Origin: Sphaeroforma arctica JP610
Lineage: Eukaryota
DNA length: 49,499 bases
Reading direction: 5' to 3'
NCBI RefSeq assembly: GCF_001186125.1
Contig: NW_014040522.1
Span: 49,754 to 99,252 of the forward strand
Shown: positions 1-12,573 of the stretch, piece after piece
Position numbering within the stretch: the first letter of the stretch is position 1
Layout: each line of letters starts with the position of its first letter
Made by a program: the position numbers and the translations under genes
The notes under the pieces: model-generated
What the model saw: only the letters and a program-made list of their open reading frames with translations
Databases searched by the model: none
Told to the model about the DNA's origin: nothing

Positions 1-98
<98 letters not shown>

Positions 99-265
99 TA
101 CATATAATAAATATATAAACAATATATACATATACATATACATACACACACACACGCACACACACACACACACACATATATATAAATATACATATAATAA
201 AATATATAAAACAATATATACATATACATATACATATACATACACACACACACGCACACATAAAA

Positions 266-297
<32 letters not shown>

Positions 298-673
298 ATG
301 TATGTGCGTGTGCATGTGTATGTGGAGTGTTGTGGTGCATGTGATAGTATACAAGTGTATTTGTGTGGGTGCATGCGTGTGAGTGTATGCGGGGCCAGCG
401 CGTTTATTTGTGTATGTGTGTATATGACGAAGGTATACGAGCATATCCAGATAATATTGACATTGAACGTTGAACAACGTTTACTTGGGCTTCCAAGGTC
501 GTGCAATAGCAATACATATGTTCGATGCTCGTCCAAATACTACATGAAATAAAAAACGTTTCATCGACCGCACATAGATACAACTTCATTGTGTAAATCC
601 ACGCAATTAACGGGATGCACGAAAACATATGAACGAAACTCACAGAAAAGTGGAGACAATTTTTTTTGCAGAT

Positions 674-737
<64 letters not shown>

Positions 738-1069
738 CATACTCACATATATAAACACACATTAACACACGCACGTTTATATATATAATATATATATATA
801 TACAAGTATGTATCTGTAATATAGACACACATACATATACAAAAACATAGAAATATATATTTATAATATAGACACGTATATACGTATATAGAAATTAAGG
901 ATATACATATATATATATGCGTAGACATATATATCTATATATATATACATAAACACACATACATACATACAATATATATATATACACACACACACATGTA
1001 TATATATATACATACAAACACACATACACTGACACACAGACACAGGTACAGAGAGAGAGACACACACGT

Positions 1070-1142
<73 letters not shown>

Positions 1143-1160
1143 CATATATATACATATATT
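1..1160. repeat. (TA)n/(CA)n microsatellite-rich intronic sequence
   Basis: Pure TA run at 1-95 and mixed TA/CA tracts at 96-300 and 675-1160. Lies in the intron following the LCB2 exon on the minus strand. Confidence 0.9.
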
Positions 1161-1496
1161 TACTGTACTGTAAAGTTGAATCACACGCAACGTTCAGAAC
1201 GAGTGATAATTGAATTGTGGCAAGCACAATTGTATCATAGTTCTGAAGCCTCATGCATCGCTTGCTCGTGGGAGATAATATCTGAGACATCAGTTCAACA
1301 GCCGTATTGCAACAGTGCATCTAACGGCTTGGTATACAGACGGATAGTGTTATAACCACAGAAGCAGTCATCATGACATACTCCAGTCAGCTCTAAGTGT
1401 AACTTCAGTTAAGTTACATGACCGTTGCACAAGCAGAGAATACCCCTCAAAGTGGCAACCAAATCCGGTACCCACGACACACCATGCATAGCACAC

Positions 1497-1739
1497 CTTA
1501 TTTCCCTTCTCCTTTGCCACATGCGTGACCTCGATTCCCCAGTTCCGTGAGAAATCTCTGAGGTGGCCGAATACGATCAAGGTCGCATAAGCTAGGTACG
1601 TAGTCACAGCCACCCACAGTGAGGGATCTTCAAACTCATCTTTCTCGCCGAATAGATGTGGCAGCATTTGTGGCTTATTGTTGCCACTTTTCTGTGCCTG
1701 AGCCGTCTGCGACCGCGATGGTTTCACCACTATCGCCAT
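1497..1739 (-). CDS. SPTLC2: Serine palmitoyltransferase subunit 2 (LCB2/SPTLC2), first coding exon; the rest of the gene lies beyond the left edge of the window
   Basis: Translation EFEDPSLWVAVTTYLAYATLIVFGHLRDF matches the LCB2 N-terminal motif (FEE.P....V.TY..Y..L..FG.LRDF). ATG at 1739, phase-0 donor AAG|gtgtgc after 1497. No downstream exon found in 1-1496. Confidence 0.85.
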
Positions 1740-1789
1740 TGTGAAAGTTCGCACAGAATGGTATAGTGCGAGTAGGATTTAATGAAATA

Positions 1790-1933
1790 GACGTGTGTGT
1801 GGTTCACTCAATTGTATATATTCTGTTTTCCTATATTCTACATATGTACATGTATGTATATGACGTGTGTGTGGTTCACTCAATTATATATATTCTGTAT
1901 TCCTATATTCTACATATGTACATATATGTATAT
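1790..1933. repeat. 72-bp tandem duplication upstream of LCB2
   Basis: gacgtgtgtgtggttcactcaatt...ctatattctacatatgtaca starts at 1790 and again at 1862. Confidence 0.9.
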
Positions 1934-2206
1934 ATTATTTTCAACGATTTCGCTGTCTTGAAGTCTTGACGGCTGACGCTTGTTGTGGTCCTTTTTTAAA
2001 ATATTTTTTTTTACCACTTACATATTACGTACTATATACATAAGTACATATTTACATGCATATCCTTTCCCGGCGCATTTTTATTATTATTAAAAAACCT
2101 TTAATTCGTCAACCCCTCTTCCCCCCTCCTGTGTGTGGAAACTGGAAAGCCGGTGCGCGGGGAAATGTTACTAGAAAAGTGTTTCATAAATTTGGCGATA
2201 TCGGTT

Positions 2207-2547
2207 CACTGACAGCGACAAAACTCATAATCTCTATGTAATGTCGTACGTAGTGACCATGTACTAACGAGATCTAAGGAGTTCTTACAATTATAACACA
2301 TGAGATTATGAAGACAGAACACTGAACTGCGACAGAACTCATGATCTCTATTTAATATCGTATGTAGTGACCATGCACTACCGAGATCTAAGGAGTTCTT
2401 ACTATTATAACACATAAGATTATGAAGACAGAACACTGAACAGCGACAAAACTCATGATCTCTATGTAATATCGTACGCAGTAGCCATGTACTACCGAGA
2501 TCTAAGGGGTTCTGTACTGACTATTATAACACATGAGATTATGAAGA
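2207..2547. repeat. 114-bp minisatellite, 3 copies
   Basis: The motif c(a/t)gcgaca(a/g)aactcat recurs at 2213, 2327 and 2441; gagatctaagg and gattatgaag also recur in each copy. Confidence 0.92.
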
Positions 2548-2620
2548 ATATAGAATAAAAAGGTATTTTTTAATTTGTTTAACATCAAAAAGGATTCCAT
2601 TATTGTCAAAAAGGATGAAT

Positions 2621-3595
2621 TCAATGCGCCTCGGCTGTGAGAAGTAAAGGGTAGTCGTTAAGACCTTCATTGCCTACATCGTAACCCATGAATAGCGCGA
2701 AGTTGGGTTTGTTCAATTCCGCTCCCACCATATATCTCTTCACGAGATCGGCATTGCTGATTGCTGGGATCCCATAACCGATAGCGTCTGCCTTGCCATC
2801 CTGTATTGCTTTCTCACCCGTCTCCAGGTTGAACTTTTCATTCGCGATGAACACACCGGATAAATTGGCCTTGATTACACTAGGACCAATCTCGGGGATA
2901 TTCTCATCCAGCCAATTCTCCCGTGCAAAGATGAACGCGATATTCCTTCGTTCCAATTCTTGTGCCACGTGTGTATATACCATTTTCATATCAGAATCTC
3001 CGTATTCTGCATACCAACTCTCGACGCTCCGTACACACCAATAACTGCATCTGTGACCTCAAGCATGAACCGCATGTGCGCTTATTCTGACTATCGAACA
3101 GAAATTGTTCTACTAAAAAAATATTGGCACCGTGGACTTCAATACCATCAAAACTGGCTTTCTTGGCATTTTCTGCACCTATTCTGTAGTCCTCGACAGT
3201 CTGTGCGATCTCTTCCAGCGTCAACGCCCGAGGTGCCCCAAGCTCAACTTGCGGACGAACTAGGGTGTGAGATTCGGCCCACATGCCAAAGCTGCTTGAT
3301 AATGGTGCCACCCTGTTCGTGTACTGCATCCACAATTGATGACCATGCTTTGGTCTGCTCGTCGCTCCAAATACCAGGTGTACCAGGATATCCAACACCC
3401 ATGGCATTTACGGATGTGGCTTCTGTCAATATCATACCAAACTCTGACCTCTCGCTATAGTACCGGCTCATCAATTCAACGTTAGGTACTCGTGTGACAG
3501 GATCGGCTCTGCATCTAGTGCAGGGTGCCATAACTGCTCTATTTTTCCAGGTCATAGCCCCAACTTGCAAAGGCGAAGATTTTAAATGCAGACAT
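2621..3595 (-). pseudogene. Old yellow enzyme / NADH:flavin oxidoreductase (XenB/NemA-like alkene reductase), frameshifted
   Basis: OYE motifs NRAVMAPCTRCRA, YPGTPGIW, QLWHVGRISH, FDGIEVHGAN, RFMLEVTDAVIGVYGASRVG and ADAIGYG..ISNADLVKR are spread over several frames. Frameshifts fall near 3578, 3262, 3075 and 3008, with no introns. Confidence 0.85.
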
Positions 3596-4475
3596 CTTAT
3601 TCCTTGTGTATGTATTCACTGTACTATTGATACCTGCTAAGAAAATGGAACCATTGTTGATTTATATATAGTATAATCTATGTATAAATGTAGGCTCTAT
3701 TTTTACCATACCATGTAAACACTATAATAATCCTCAACCTACGCTATGAGTACGCCCTGCGGCCTACTGCGTGCAACCTTCTCTCTACAGGATAGTTCCC
3801 TACATACATATATTGAAAATATGATGCGCCATAGTATTTTGGGATGAAACACAGGTTCAGACTTTGGTAGTTCTCCAATCAATCTTCATTGCCAAAATTA
3901 CAATTCATCACAGGCCCAGGGCCCCAGCCCCCACTCCCCTAGGGGCCCAGGCCCCAGGGCCACGCACACTCGCACAAACTCCACGTCACGCCTCACAGAG
4001 TCAAACTCTAAAGACTCTCTCTACTCACTGAGGCCTGAGCCCCTTCACCTTTCTCGCTATCATGCTTGTTTCTCTCTCTCTTCAATCTTGTGCGAGTCTT
4101 GAAATAGAACTGCATAGTGCATACATACAACCTCGCAGACGAAGAACCAAGTGTAGACTGTGGTGTTAATTCCTTGTGTGTTCACTTGTTGTCAGCAGTT
4201 GTCACCTCACAGGCTCACAGGCTCACAGACTCACAAGAAGTTCAGTTTGTTCACTCACTTGTGTTGTGACTGCGTTTTACTATTTTTAGTATTTACCCCT
4301 GTGTGCTGTAAAGACGATTTTTTTTAGTAAGATAAACAAATAAAATAAGATGCCGGCAGCCCGGCACTCCCGGCAGCCTGGGCAGGCGGCAGCCGCACTT
4401 CATGAGGCTAAAAGCTATTTAGCTTACTCTATCAGTCAAATGAGTACTCAATAGTCAATACAGTGAATGAGTAAG

Positions 4476-5345
4476 ATAGGCCCGGACAACATAAAAAATT
4501 GGACGGAAGAGTGACCAGTCAGGAGTCTCAGGAGAGGGATATTGAATATAAATATAAATCTGATCAGAATTCAGATATAAATGAATAGTCATATTCCAAC
4601 AATACTAGAGTATAGACTATAGACTAATAAAAGACTATATATAGACTTTGCTGAATGCTGACCCGAAGGTACCTTAAAAATGAATCGCATTGGTAGTTAG
4701 AAGACACAAATTGTTCGTCTTGACGGGTAAAAATCGCATGTTATAAAATCTCATCCCGATCGGACTATTGGTTCAAAAGTTATAGGGGATTTTAGTTTGT
4801 ACCACAACTGGGTCAAACTACTAAACTAGCCATACAACAGTATATTATATTAAAAAAAATATTAAAAAAATAAATAGCACATGGTCATAAATATGTACTT
4901 TGTAGATCACGTATTTACTAGAGTACACCTTTTCCCATTATTTAACTAAACTAGATATTAAGCTTCAACGTACTAAATCTACCAGGTATACTAAATGAAC
5001 GAGACTATACTAACCTCCCGACTATTATCCAAATAGCTCATATGTCCTTCCTCTTAGGAGTTAGGACTGATGAGCCGAGATTAACTCGTAGCCAATACAA
5101 GTCACTACTGATTAAACCTAGCTCTCATTCAATAGGAAAATCTCTACCGTTACTCCTCTTGCTCGTTACTCTTTTCTTCCTAGGACTACCTCGCACCCAT
5201 ATGTACCACTGTACCCTTCGGCTACAACTTGGCTGTTTGGCATAGCCTTCTAAAATAGACGCTATGGTAATGGGGGTGTAAATGTGCGTGTATAGCGACT
5301 TAGTGAGTCTGTACGTGTATTTTGGGTACCTCATATTCACTCTGG
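4476..5345 (+). mobile_element. Degenerate non-autonomous DNA-transposon-like element, copy A (inverted relative to copy B)
   Basis: Three collinear blocks (4476-4504, about 4659-4835, about 5271-5345) match the reverse complement of 9429-9457, about 9250-9397 and about 9108-9176. Confidence 0.6.
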
Positions 5346-6459
5346 TATAAAAGGTACTGGTTAGAATATGAGGTACCCGAAATACAAGTGTATACATATG
5401 ACAAGAGAAGAGTCAGCGAAAGTCATTGATACCACACTATGTAGAACGGTGAAAACTCAGTGACGACATGTATTCCGTTAAAATAGCAGATGAACAGAAG
5501 TTTACAGAAATGTGATCATCTGCTTTCAAATATTAAACTAAATGATACCTGATCGTCAACACATTCATGACCGACCTTCACTCTCAAAGACAGAGTGAGA
5601 GAGTCACTAACAGACACAGACACAGTCACACAAGCACACGTATACAAGTACACGCAAACGCACACGCACACGCACACGCACACAGCCACACACACACACA
5701 CGCACACACACAAAGTCTCTCTCGCTCTCTATCTAGTAGTAGGAAGAAAGATTGAGAGAATCTATGAGCTATCTACTAGAGAGATAGCACGTAGTAGATA
5801 GTGATACAACTCCCAGTAGTAGAGAGAGTTTTTTTTAAACGGGGCGGCCTACCACTCTCAGTCTCGGCCAGCTCCCGCAGCTGCCACTTGCCAACCTGTT
5901 CTCTCACTCTGACGACTCCTCTCAAGCAAGAGAGTGAGTTTTTTCTTCTGGTTTTATTTCCCGGTTCCCCAGAGTCCCAGACTGAGAAGACTACATATTT
6001 ATGTATATTTTTTCTTTTTTGACAACATTGTTTTTCATCCCGAAGATCGGAGTCTCTGAGTGGGGCTTCGATTGGATTCCAAGATCCCTATTTTCATGGT
6101 TCATTGTTTACTCTGACTCTCAGTCTCTTTTTTATTAGTCTCTCTCTACTAGAGTCTCTCTAGTTTTCTACTCTCTCTCTGTATACTACATCATTAGTAC
6201 ATAGCTATAGCTACAGTGCCATAATAGTGGTATTTAGGGTTTAATGTTTTAGTCTTTAGGGTACGTATTGTAGGAGGCTACATAAGTATGACTGTATTAT
6301 TTGCTATTCCCTGACCCCACGACCCCCCCGGGCCGCCAGCAGAGGGAGGGATCACTCAGATCATTGATCAGGGAAGTGGAAACACGCAAGAAGGAAATAA
6401 AAAGTGGTACCTTTGTCCGCTAACCCCTCACAAAAAGAAACAGACTTTGCACCTTTAAC

Positions 6460-6747
6460 ATGTCCGCTTTAAATACCATGTTAGGCCTCCAGAAGTGGAT
6501 CGCGGGTCTAGAAGGTCTTACAGGGGACGAGCGAACAGACTTTTGGTGTCAAACATTTCTATTCACGGTTGTAGCACCAATCCTAGGTGGGCTGATGGTG
6601 TATTATTCCTTTATATTCGGATACAAGTTCATGTGCAAGCTTGATGCGTGGTACTATCCCGACACTCAACCGTCAGCGAACGAGGCTGAAGGTAAAACGA
6701 ACCCTGCTACAGCTACTACCATTACTGAGCCGAAAAAGATCAAGTAG
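6460..6747 (+). CDS. Small (95 aa) predicted single-pass membrane protein of unknown function
   Basis: Clean ORF in non-repetitive sequence with an aacATGt start. It has a hydrophobic segment FLFTVVAPILGGLMVYYSFIFGY and a polar C-terminal tail. Confidence 0.6.
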   Translation: MSALNTMLGLQKWIAGLEGLTGDERTDFWCQTFLFTVVAPILGGLMVYYSFIFGYKFMCKLDAWYYPDTQPSANEAEGKTNPATATTITEPKKIK

Positions 6748-7517
6748 GATTCGGGAGCGACATCCGAGGTAATATATCAACGTTCATAATTAAGCCCAAC
6801 TAACCCTGCGACAATCAATGCGCTCTCCGCTGTGTGTTGTGTTTTGGTTTGCGATAGTGCACTGAACACCTACGTACACCCCTAAAATTCTCAAAAGGAT
6901 GTCTACAACTCTGCCGCACAATGTCCGGCTCGAGAGTACACAACGAGTTGATCGTTGTGTGTTACTACACAGGTAGGAAGAACAGCACTAGTTTACGTAG
7001 GTATCTATCAGTTGGGTCGTCGGTGAATCGGTTGTCAGTGATAACTGGTACATACTATCTATAAAGTAGTACAAAAATCGAAGGCAACTGGCACACCATT
7101 TCGGATTTAGGGTTATTCGCTCAGAGTACTATGATTGTATTCCATATAAGTCAAAGCGTCGGTTGCCGAAGCTTGTGATTGATTGCTGTGGAACGCTAAC
7201 GTCCACAACGTGATTGCCGAACATCTCTCATAGTTGCAAAGAACTCAGAATGATAATATTTGTGTATAAATACAAGGATGAAAATTCAAAATAATCATTC
7301 CTTACACCTAAAACAACTACACAAAAAACAATTTCTACAGGGCTATGTGACCGCATACTGAAACGACCGTACATGACTATAATTGTCAAACATGATATCT
7401 AAACAGATAAGTACTATATATATATATATATATACGATAACAGACAGACACAGACACAGACACAGACACAGACACNNNNNNNNNNNNNNNNNNNNATACA
7501 CACACACACACACACAT

Positions 7518-7585
<68 letters not shown>

Positions 7586-8946
7586 TGAGATAGAGAACTC
7601 GAGAGCTACTGAGATAGTAAGTCATGTTTAAGTAAAAACTAGTCTATCGGAGGATGTGTTTTCCGATCCAACTGAGTATTCGGCAGAATAAGGCCAATTT
7701 TTTCTATGACTCGCTTGATACATGGAGAAACGCAAACATTAATCACACTCTGCAGGAATGTGACTTGCTTCTTCTATTTTTAATAGATCTTGCTAGTTGT
7801 AAAGCTGGCTTGTTCCTTCTCAACCTGCTACATGTTTCAATCGTTTCTTGAACGGACCAAGAAACTTCACTACAATTTGAATAGTCTTCGCAGTTCACTC
7901 TTCAGTAGTTCACTACTATGCACTATTTTTTTCAATTGCAATATTTAGAAGGTATGTATGTAAATAATATTATAAACAGGGGGAGAAACTAAGAGAACCA
8001 CTGCGAGTCGTGGTGTCACTATAGCCTTATATAGTCCAGCTCATATATTGATGACTGGTGGTTGCATTCCTGTGAGGTCATGTCATGATCCCTGTACATA
8101 TGTCCTTTTAGTTTTTGCGTCATGACTAAGCGCCAACGCGGTTCTCTCATTATATATCGGATTTTTCGAGCTAAATACTTGGTACGTTTCGTTCGGGATA
8201 GGTGCACCTTTTGATTTTTGACCTCAAAACCGTTAAATATATCGCATGGTCCTCTAAAAAGACATGTATTTATTTTCGTGTATTTTTACGTTGACAATTA
8301 TATGTACTTATTTTAAAAAATATATCATAACGCGGGTCGCGGTATATTTCGGGCATAGGCTCATAAATAGCTCGAGACAGTCGAGTCCGACCAAGCGAGT
8401 GAGTACTGAGTAGTGAGTAGTGGGTATGTACATAGTGAGCTAGAGTGACGACTGCGACTGACAAGTAAATAACAACTGACATGGCCCTGGCCCATGGGCC
8501 TGAGCCCTGAGGGCTGAGGCCTGAGGGTTGAAAAGGGGCTTTCATAGAAATTACAACGAAGCCTGAGACTGAGACTCTTCAAGTGGAGTGTGAGAGACTG
8601 AGATATTAAGAGCCTGAGCCCTGGAGTCCTGAAGCTTTTTTGTAATTTTGTAAAAAGAAAAATAGAAAGTGTACACAACAAGAGAGGCCCTGAGCCCCTG
8701 ACGGCCTGAGACCTGAGGCCTCAGGGTTCAGGTGGTTAGGGACGCAGGGCTGTCGCAGGCCCTCAGCCGGCTGAGTTAACCGCAGAGAGCTATAAAATAA
8801 AATAAACTAAAAATAGAACACAGGAGAGGTCCTGACAGCTCACAGCACACAGGTTGACTACCTGAGGAGCTTGTGGAGTATGAGGAGTAGAGAATGAAAA
8901 GCATTTGCTTTCCCAAAAAAAAATCTTACGATTAGCGAATTTGGAT

Positions 8947-9019
8947 TCAGGGCCTCGGCGTCAGGGCTCAAGCCCGTCAGGGCCTCGGCGTCGGGACTCA
9001 AGCCCGTCAGGGCCTCAGG
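8947..9019. repeat. 30-bp GC-rich tandem repeat, about 2.4 copies
   Basis: tcagggcctcggcgtc(a/g)gg(g/a)ctcaagcccg at 8947 and 8977, partial copy at 9007. Confidence 0.85.
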
Positions 9020-9104
9020 CCCATCAGTCTCATATTCTCAGACTCTCAGAGACTCTCAGAGACTCTCACAGGTATACAGTCAGACCTGCTTTAAAAATAT
9101 TAAA

Positions 9105-9457
9105 AGATACTGGTTAGAATATGAGGAACCCTAAATACACGTCCAGACTCGCTATACGCGCACATAAAGCCCCCCATAGACCAATAAAGTAGTTTGCTAT
9201 AATGTCAGAAAGGTCTGTTAGGTATGGATGGACTTGTATAACGCTTATGTGTGGCTAGTTTGACCTAGTTCTGGTACAACCTGAAATCAATAGTTCGATC
9301 GGGATGAGATTAAGCATACGTTTATTATTCCTCAAAACGACGAGGTTGTGCAATCTAAGTGTCAATGAGATTGATTTTTTAAGGCAACTCTGGGTCAACC
9401 TCTATAGTAAAAATCCCCCCCTTTCACTGTCCAATATTTTATGTTGTCTGGGCCTAT
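9105..9457 (-). mobile_element. Degenerate non-autonomous DNA-transposon-like element, copy B (shorter than copy A)
   Basis: Reverse complement of 9429-9457 is ataggcccagacaacataaaatattggac versus ataggcccggacaacataaaaaattggac at 4476. aatctcatcccgatcg(a/g)actattg is also shared. Confidence 0.6.
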
Positions 9458-11079
9458 TGTTTCAACTCTCAACACTTGACAAAGCACAATTTAAAAACTT
9501 TATCCCATAGAAGAATAAATAGAAGAATCTCAATATTTTTCTATATATTTCATAAATTTTTATTGGATGTTTTATCAAGAATAATTTTTCTCTATATATA
9601 GTCGAACCTAATAGTAAATAGTTGTACTAAAGGGATAAAATTTTAGTATCTCATAAATTTGTAGCTACAGTATGTAGCACTTTGCGCCATGTATATTTTC
9701 CTCCACATTTTAAAAGACTCCAATAGAGCATTGAAAAATAAATACTTGCTACAAAATATACAATGCGCCAGTTCTATTCCTTTGTTAAAACCTTTTCAAT
9801 AAAAATTCCTAGATTTCATCACACATTGTTTTGAATGATCAATATTTTTACTCAAATCCAACATTTAGTGTAGAGAAAACTGACTCTGAGGCTCTGATAG
9901 TTTAAAGAAAAAAGAAAAATATATCGGTCATTGGATAGAACATTTAACGATTCCTTTCATTTTGTAGGATGTGGGTGCAGTATATGGATTCTGAGGTGCA
10001 ATATACCGGGGCTTTTTTTTATAGCTCCTAGTTTCATCAACATGAATTGGTTTGTTTATAAAGATACAGTACAGCCCAAAAGCCCAGGTTGGCAGGGCAT
10101 TAAAACTCTGGCTACTGGGCCCAGGGCTTCCAGCGGGAGAGGCGGACTACTTTACTTATGAAAAAAATAGATTTCTGGCTGGTAAGTGGTAACTGGAGCC
10201 TATTCTAAATTGTTACTCTGGGGAGTCGGGGACTGTATTTAGTAATAGATATTTTTTTAAACCGTCTTTTCACTCTCTCTGCTATCTTCTCTCTCTCTTT
10301 GAGTGTGTGTGTGTGTGTTGTTTGTTGGAGTGTGTTGTACTGTTGTTGCTGTGACTGTTGGATAGAAGGGAATGAAGTATTGTGTATGGGCCCTACATAA
10401 ATGATGATACATATTTGATATCGGGAATTTGGTTAAAAATAAAATTTATAAGAATAAATACTTTTCTTGGGTGAAATTAATAGGATACCACCAAAGCCTA
10501 AACAATTGAAATGAAGGCTAACAATTATTCCCCGGTAATACCCCTCCGGCCTCAGGCTCAGAGTCAGTGCCCTCCCTCGGTCTCTGATTCAATTGTTGTG
10601 CTGGGGGGAATAAAAAGATAACGGTTAAAGAAAATTATAAATATCACTATACTCCAGTACTCCGGCTCGTGAAACAGTAAAAAATGTATAACTCTCTGAG
10701 AGACTCGCTCTCCCTCTACTCTCTGTAGAGTTTCTACTCTCCACAACATAGTGCAGACTGTAGACTGTAGTGTAGACTGTAGTGAGTAGTCACAGTAGTC
10801 AGTGTAGTGACTGTGAGTCTGTGAGACAGGGTTATCGTTTTCGTTTAAAATAATAATAATATATAAATATTATTTAAAGTGTCCATATTTTGATAATTTT
10901 CAGGAGAGGAGAGGATGAAGGCTATGCGTGAAATAAAACCAATTGGCTCATACTGAGAGTTAGAGTAGAAGTACTTTTCATAACTACTCGTATTGGCTTT
11001 TAGAAAATTTCGTCATGCTCTTTTGATCGTATTCTACAGTTCTACAGTAAATACACTCTACAGAAGTCTACAGTCTAAA

Positions 11080-11205
11080 CAGTCTACAGTCTACAGTCTA
11101 CAGTCTACAGTCTACAGTCTACAGTCTACAGTCTACAGTCTACAGTCTACAGTCTACAGTCTACAGTCTACAGTCTACAGTCTACAGTCTACAGTCTACA
11201 GTCTA
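11080..11205. repeat. (CTACAGT)n heptamer microsatellite
   Basis: About 18 perfect copies seen directly. Confidence 0.95.
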
Positions 11206-12542
11206 TACCTGACCGAGGAACACATACAAATAAACGTAAAAGTGCATATTATTATTTTCAACGTTTTGTACACGTATTTATTATTTTAGGAAATACAAAT
11301 ATATGTATATAATTAAAATTAAGAATATTACTATTTTATAGAATATGCCATATTTATGAAAAATATATGGCATATTTATTTCATACTTATAATTTTCCTA
11401 AAAATATATTTCGTGCATGTTTCATATTTTTTATTTTTCCAAAACAAAATTGATACATATTTATTATTTCGCTTGTATAATTTCCCCATATTTACTATTT
11501 CTCCTATATTTCCACGTATTTAAATACTTCATATTACAGTGTATTGACATGGTTGGCTATTTAGAAAGTGTGACGATAGTTGATACTAAAAGTTAAAAAC
11601 ACATTGATAAACAGTCCTTGTGTATGCACAACACATATGCACAACGTAGCATTGTAATCTACTAAGTATGAGCATATATATGAAGCTTACACTTGGTTTA
11701 TGTACATTAAAAGGTAAAAGATCTATATAATAAATAAATCACGAGTTATATGACATCTAAACACACATTTTTGTAATGTCATTATTCTGAGTCATAGAAC
11801 TGGACAGAGATCATTTAGTAGTGAAGCAGGAAGATGTACAGATTAAGCTGCACTTGAATACTGTGCACTGGGGTGGCATATGCGCGCACGTGGGCTTATA
11901 TTGACACTGTATATATGTCAAATAAAGTAACAATCTATGAGTTGACTTGTGTATATAATATCTGTGATTGCTTGTCAGTATTTCAACACCACAAGAGTAT
12001 AAATCTGTATTGATTTTTTTGCCACCTTATTTTGTTCGAAAAATCAATGAATTTTCAAATTGGTAACAACTTGCCACCTTATTCGAAAAAGGTGGTCAAC
12101 ATGCATCGAGTGGAAACAGGCTAAATTGCAACTGACGCTATACTACTGGTACGATAGCTCTGAAATTGGTATCATAGCTCAAGGACAATACTAATGATAG
12201 ATGTGAACAATTATTTGTATGCCTGTGAATTACAAAGTTCACAATGTCCCTTTTGGCAGGATATGTGACAAGTGTAGATAACGTCGTCTGTGACCAGGAT
12301 GCGCTCAGGAGACAAACTATCGAACTGGCATGTATTGTGAAAAAGCGTTTTTCGGTTATCACCCGGCTACAATTGTGTCAAAATGGGTGTCCAACATGTG
12401 GGTTTGTAATTTTTGATGTTAGTTCGTCCTATTTGGTATAGTTCAAATTACAGGGTCTTTCACGCATACTTGCAAAGATACACAGCTATATATATACACA
12501 CATATGTCCATGAAAACACAGATATATATATACAGACGATAA

Positions 12543-12573
<31 letters not shown>

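Noticed and set aside
298..1355. Many ORFs rich in YI/CV/HT (also at 5516-5801, 7343-7631, 12413-12690 and 44296-45251)
   Set aside because: Translations of TA/CA microsatellites or N gaps.
10993..11289. ORF with (STVYSLQ)n
   Set aside because: Translation of the CTACAGT heptamer repeat.
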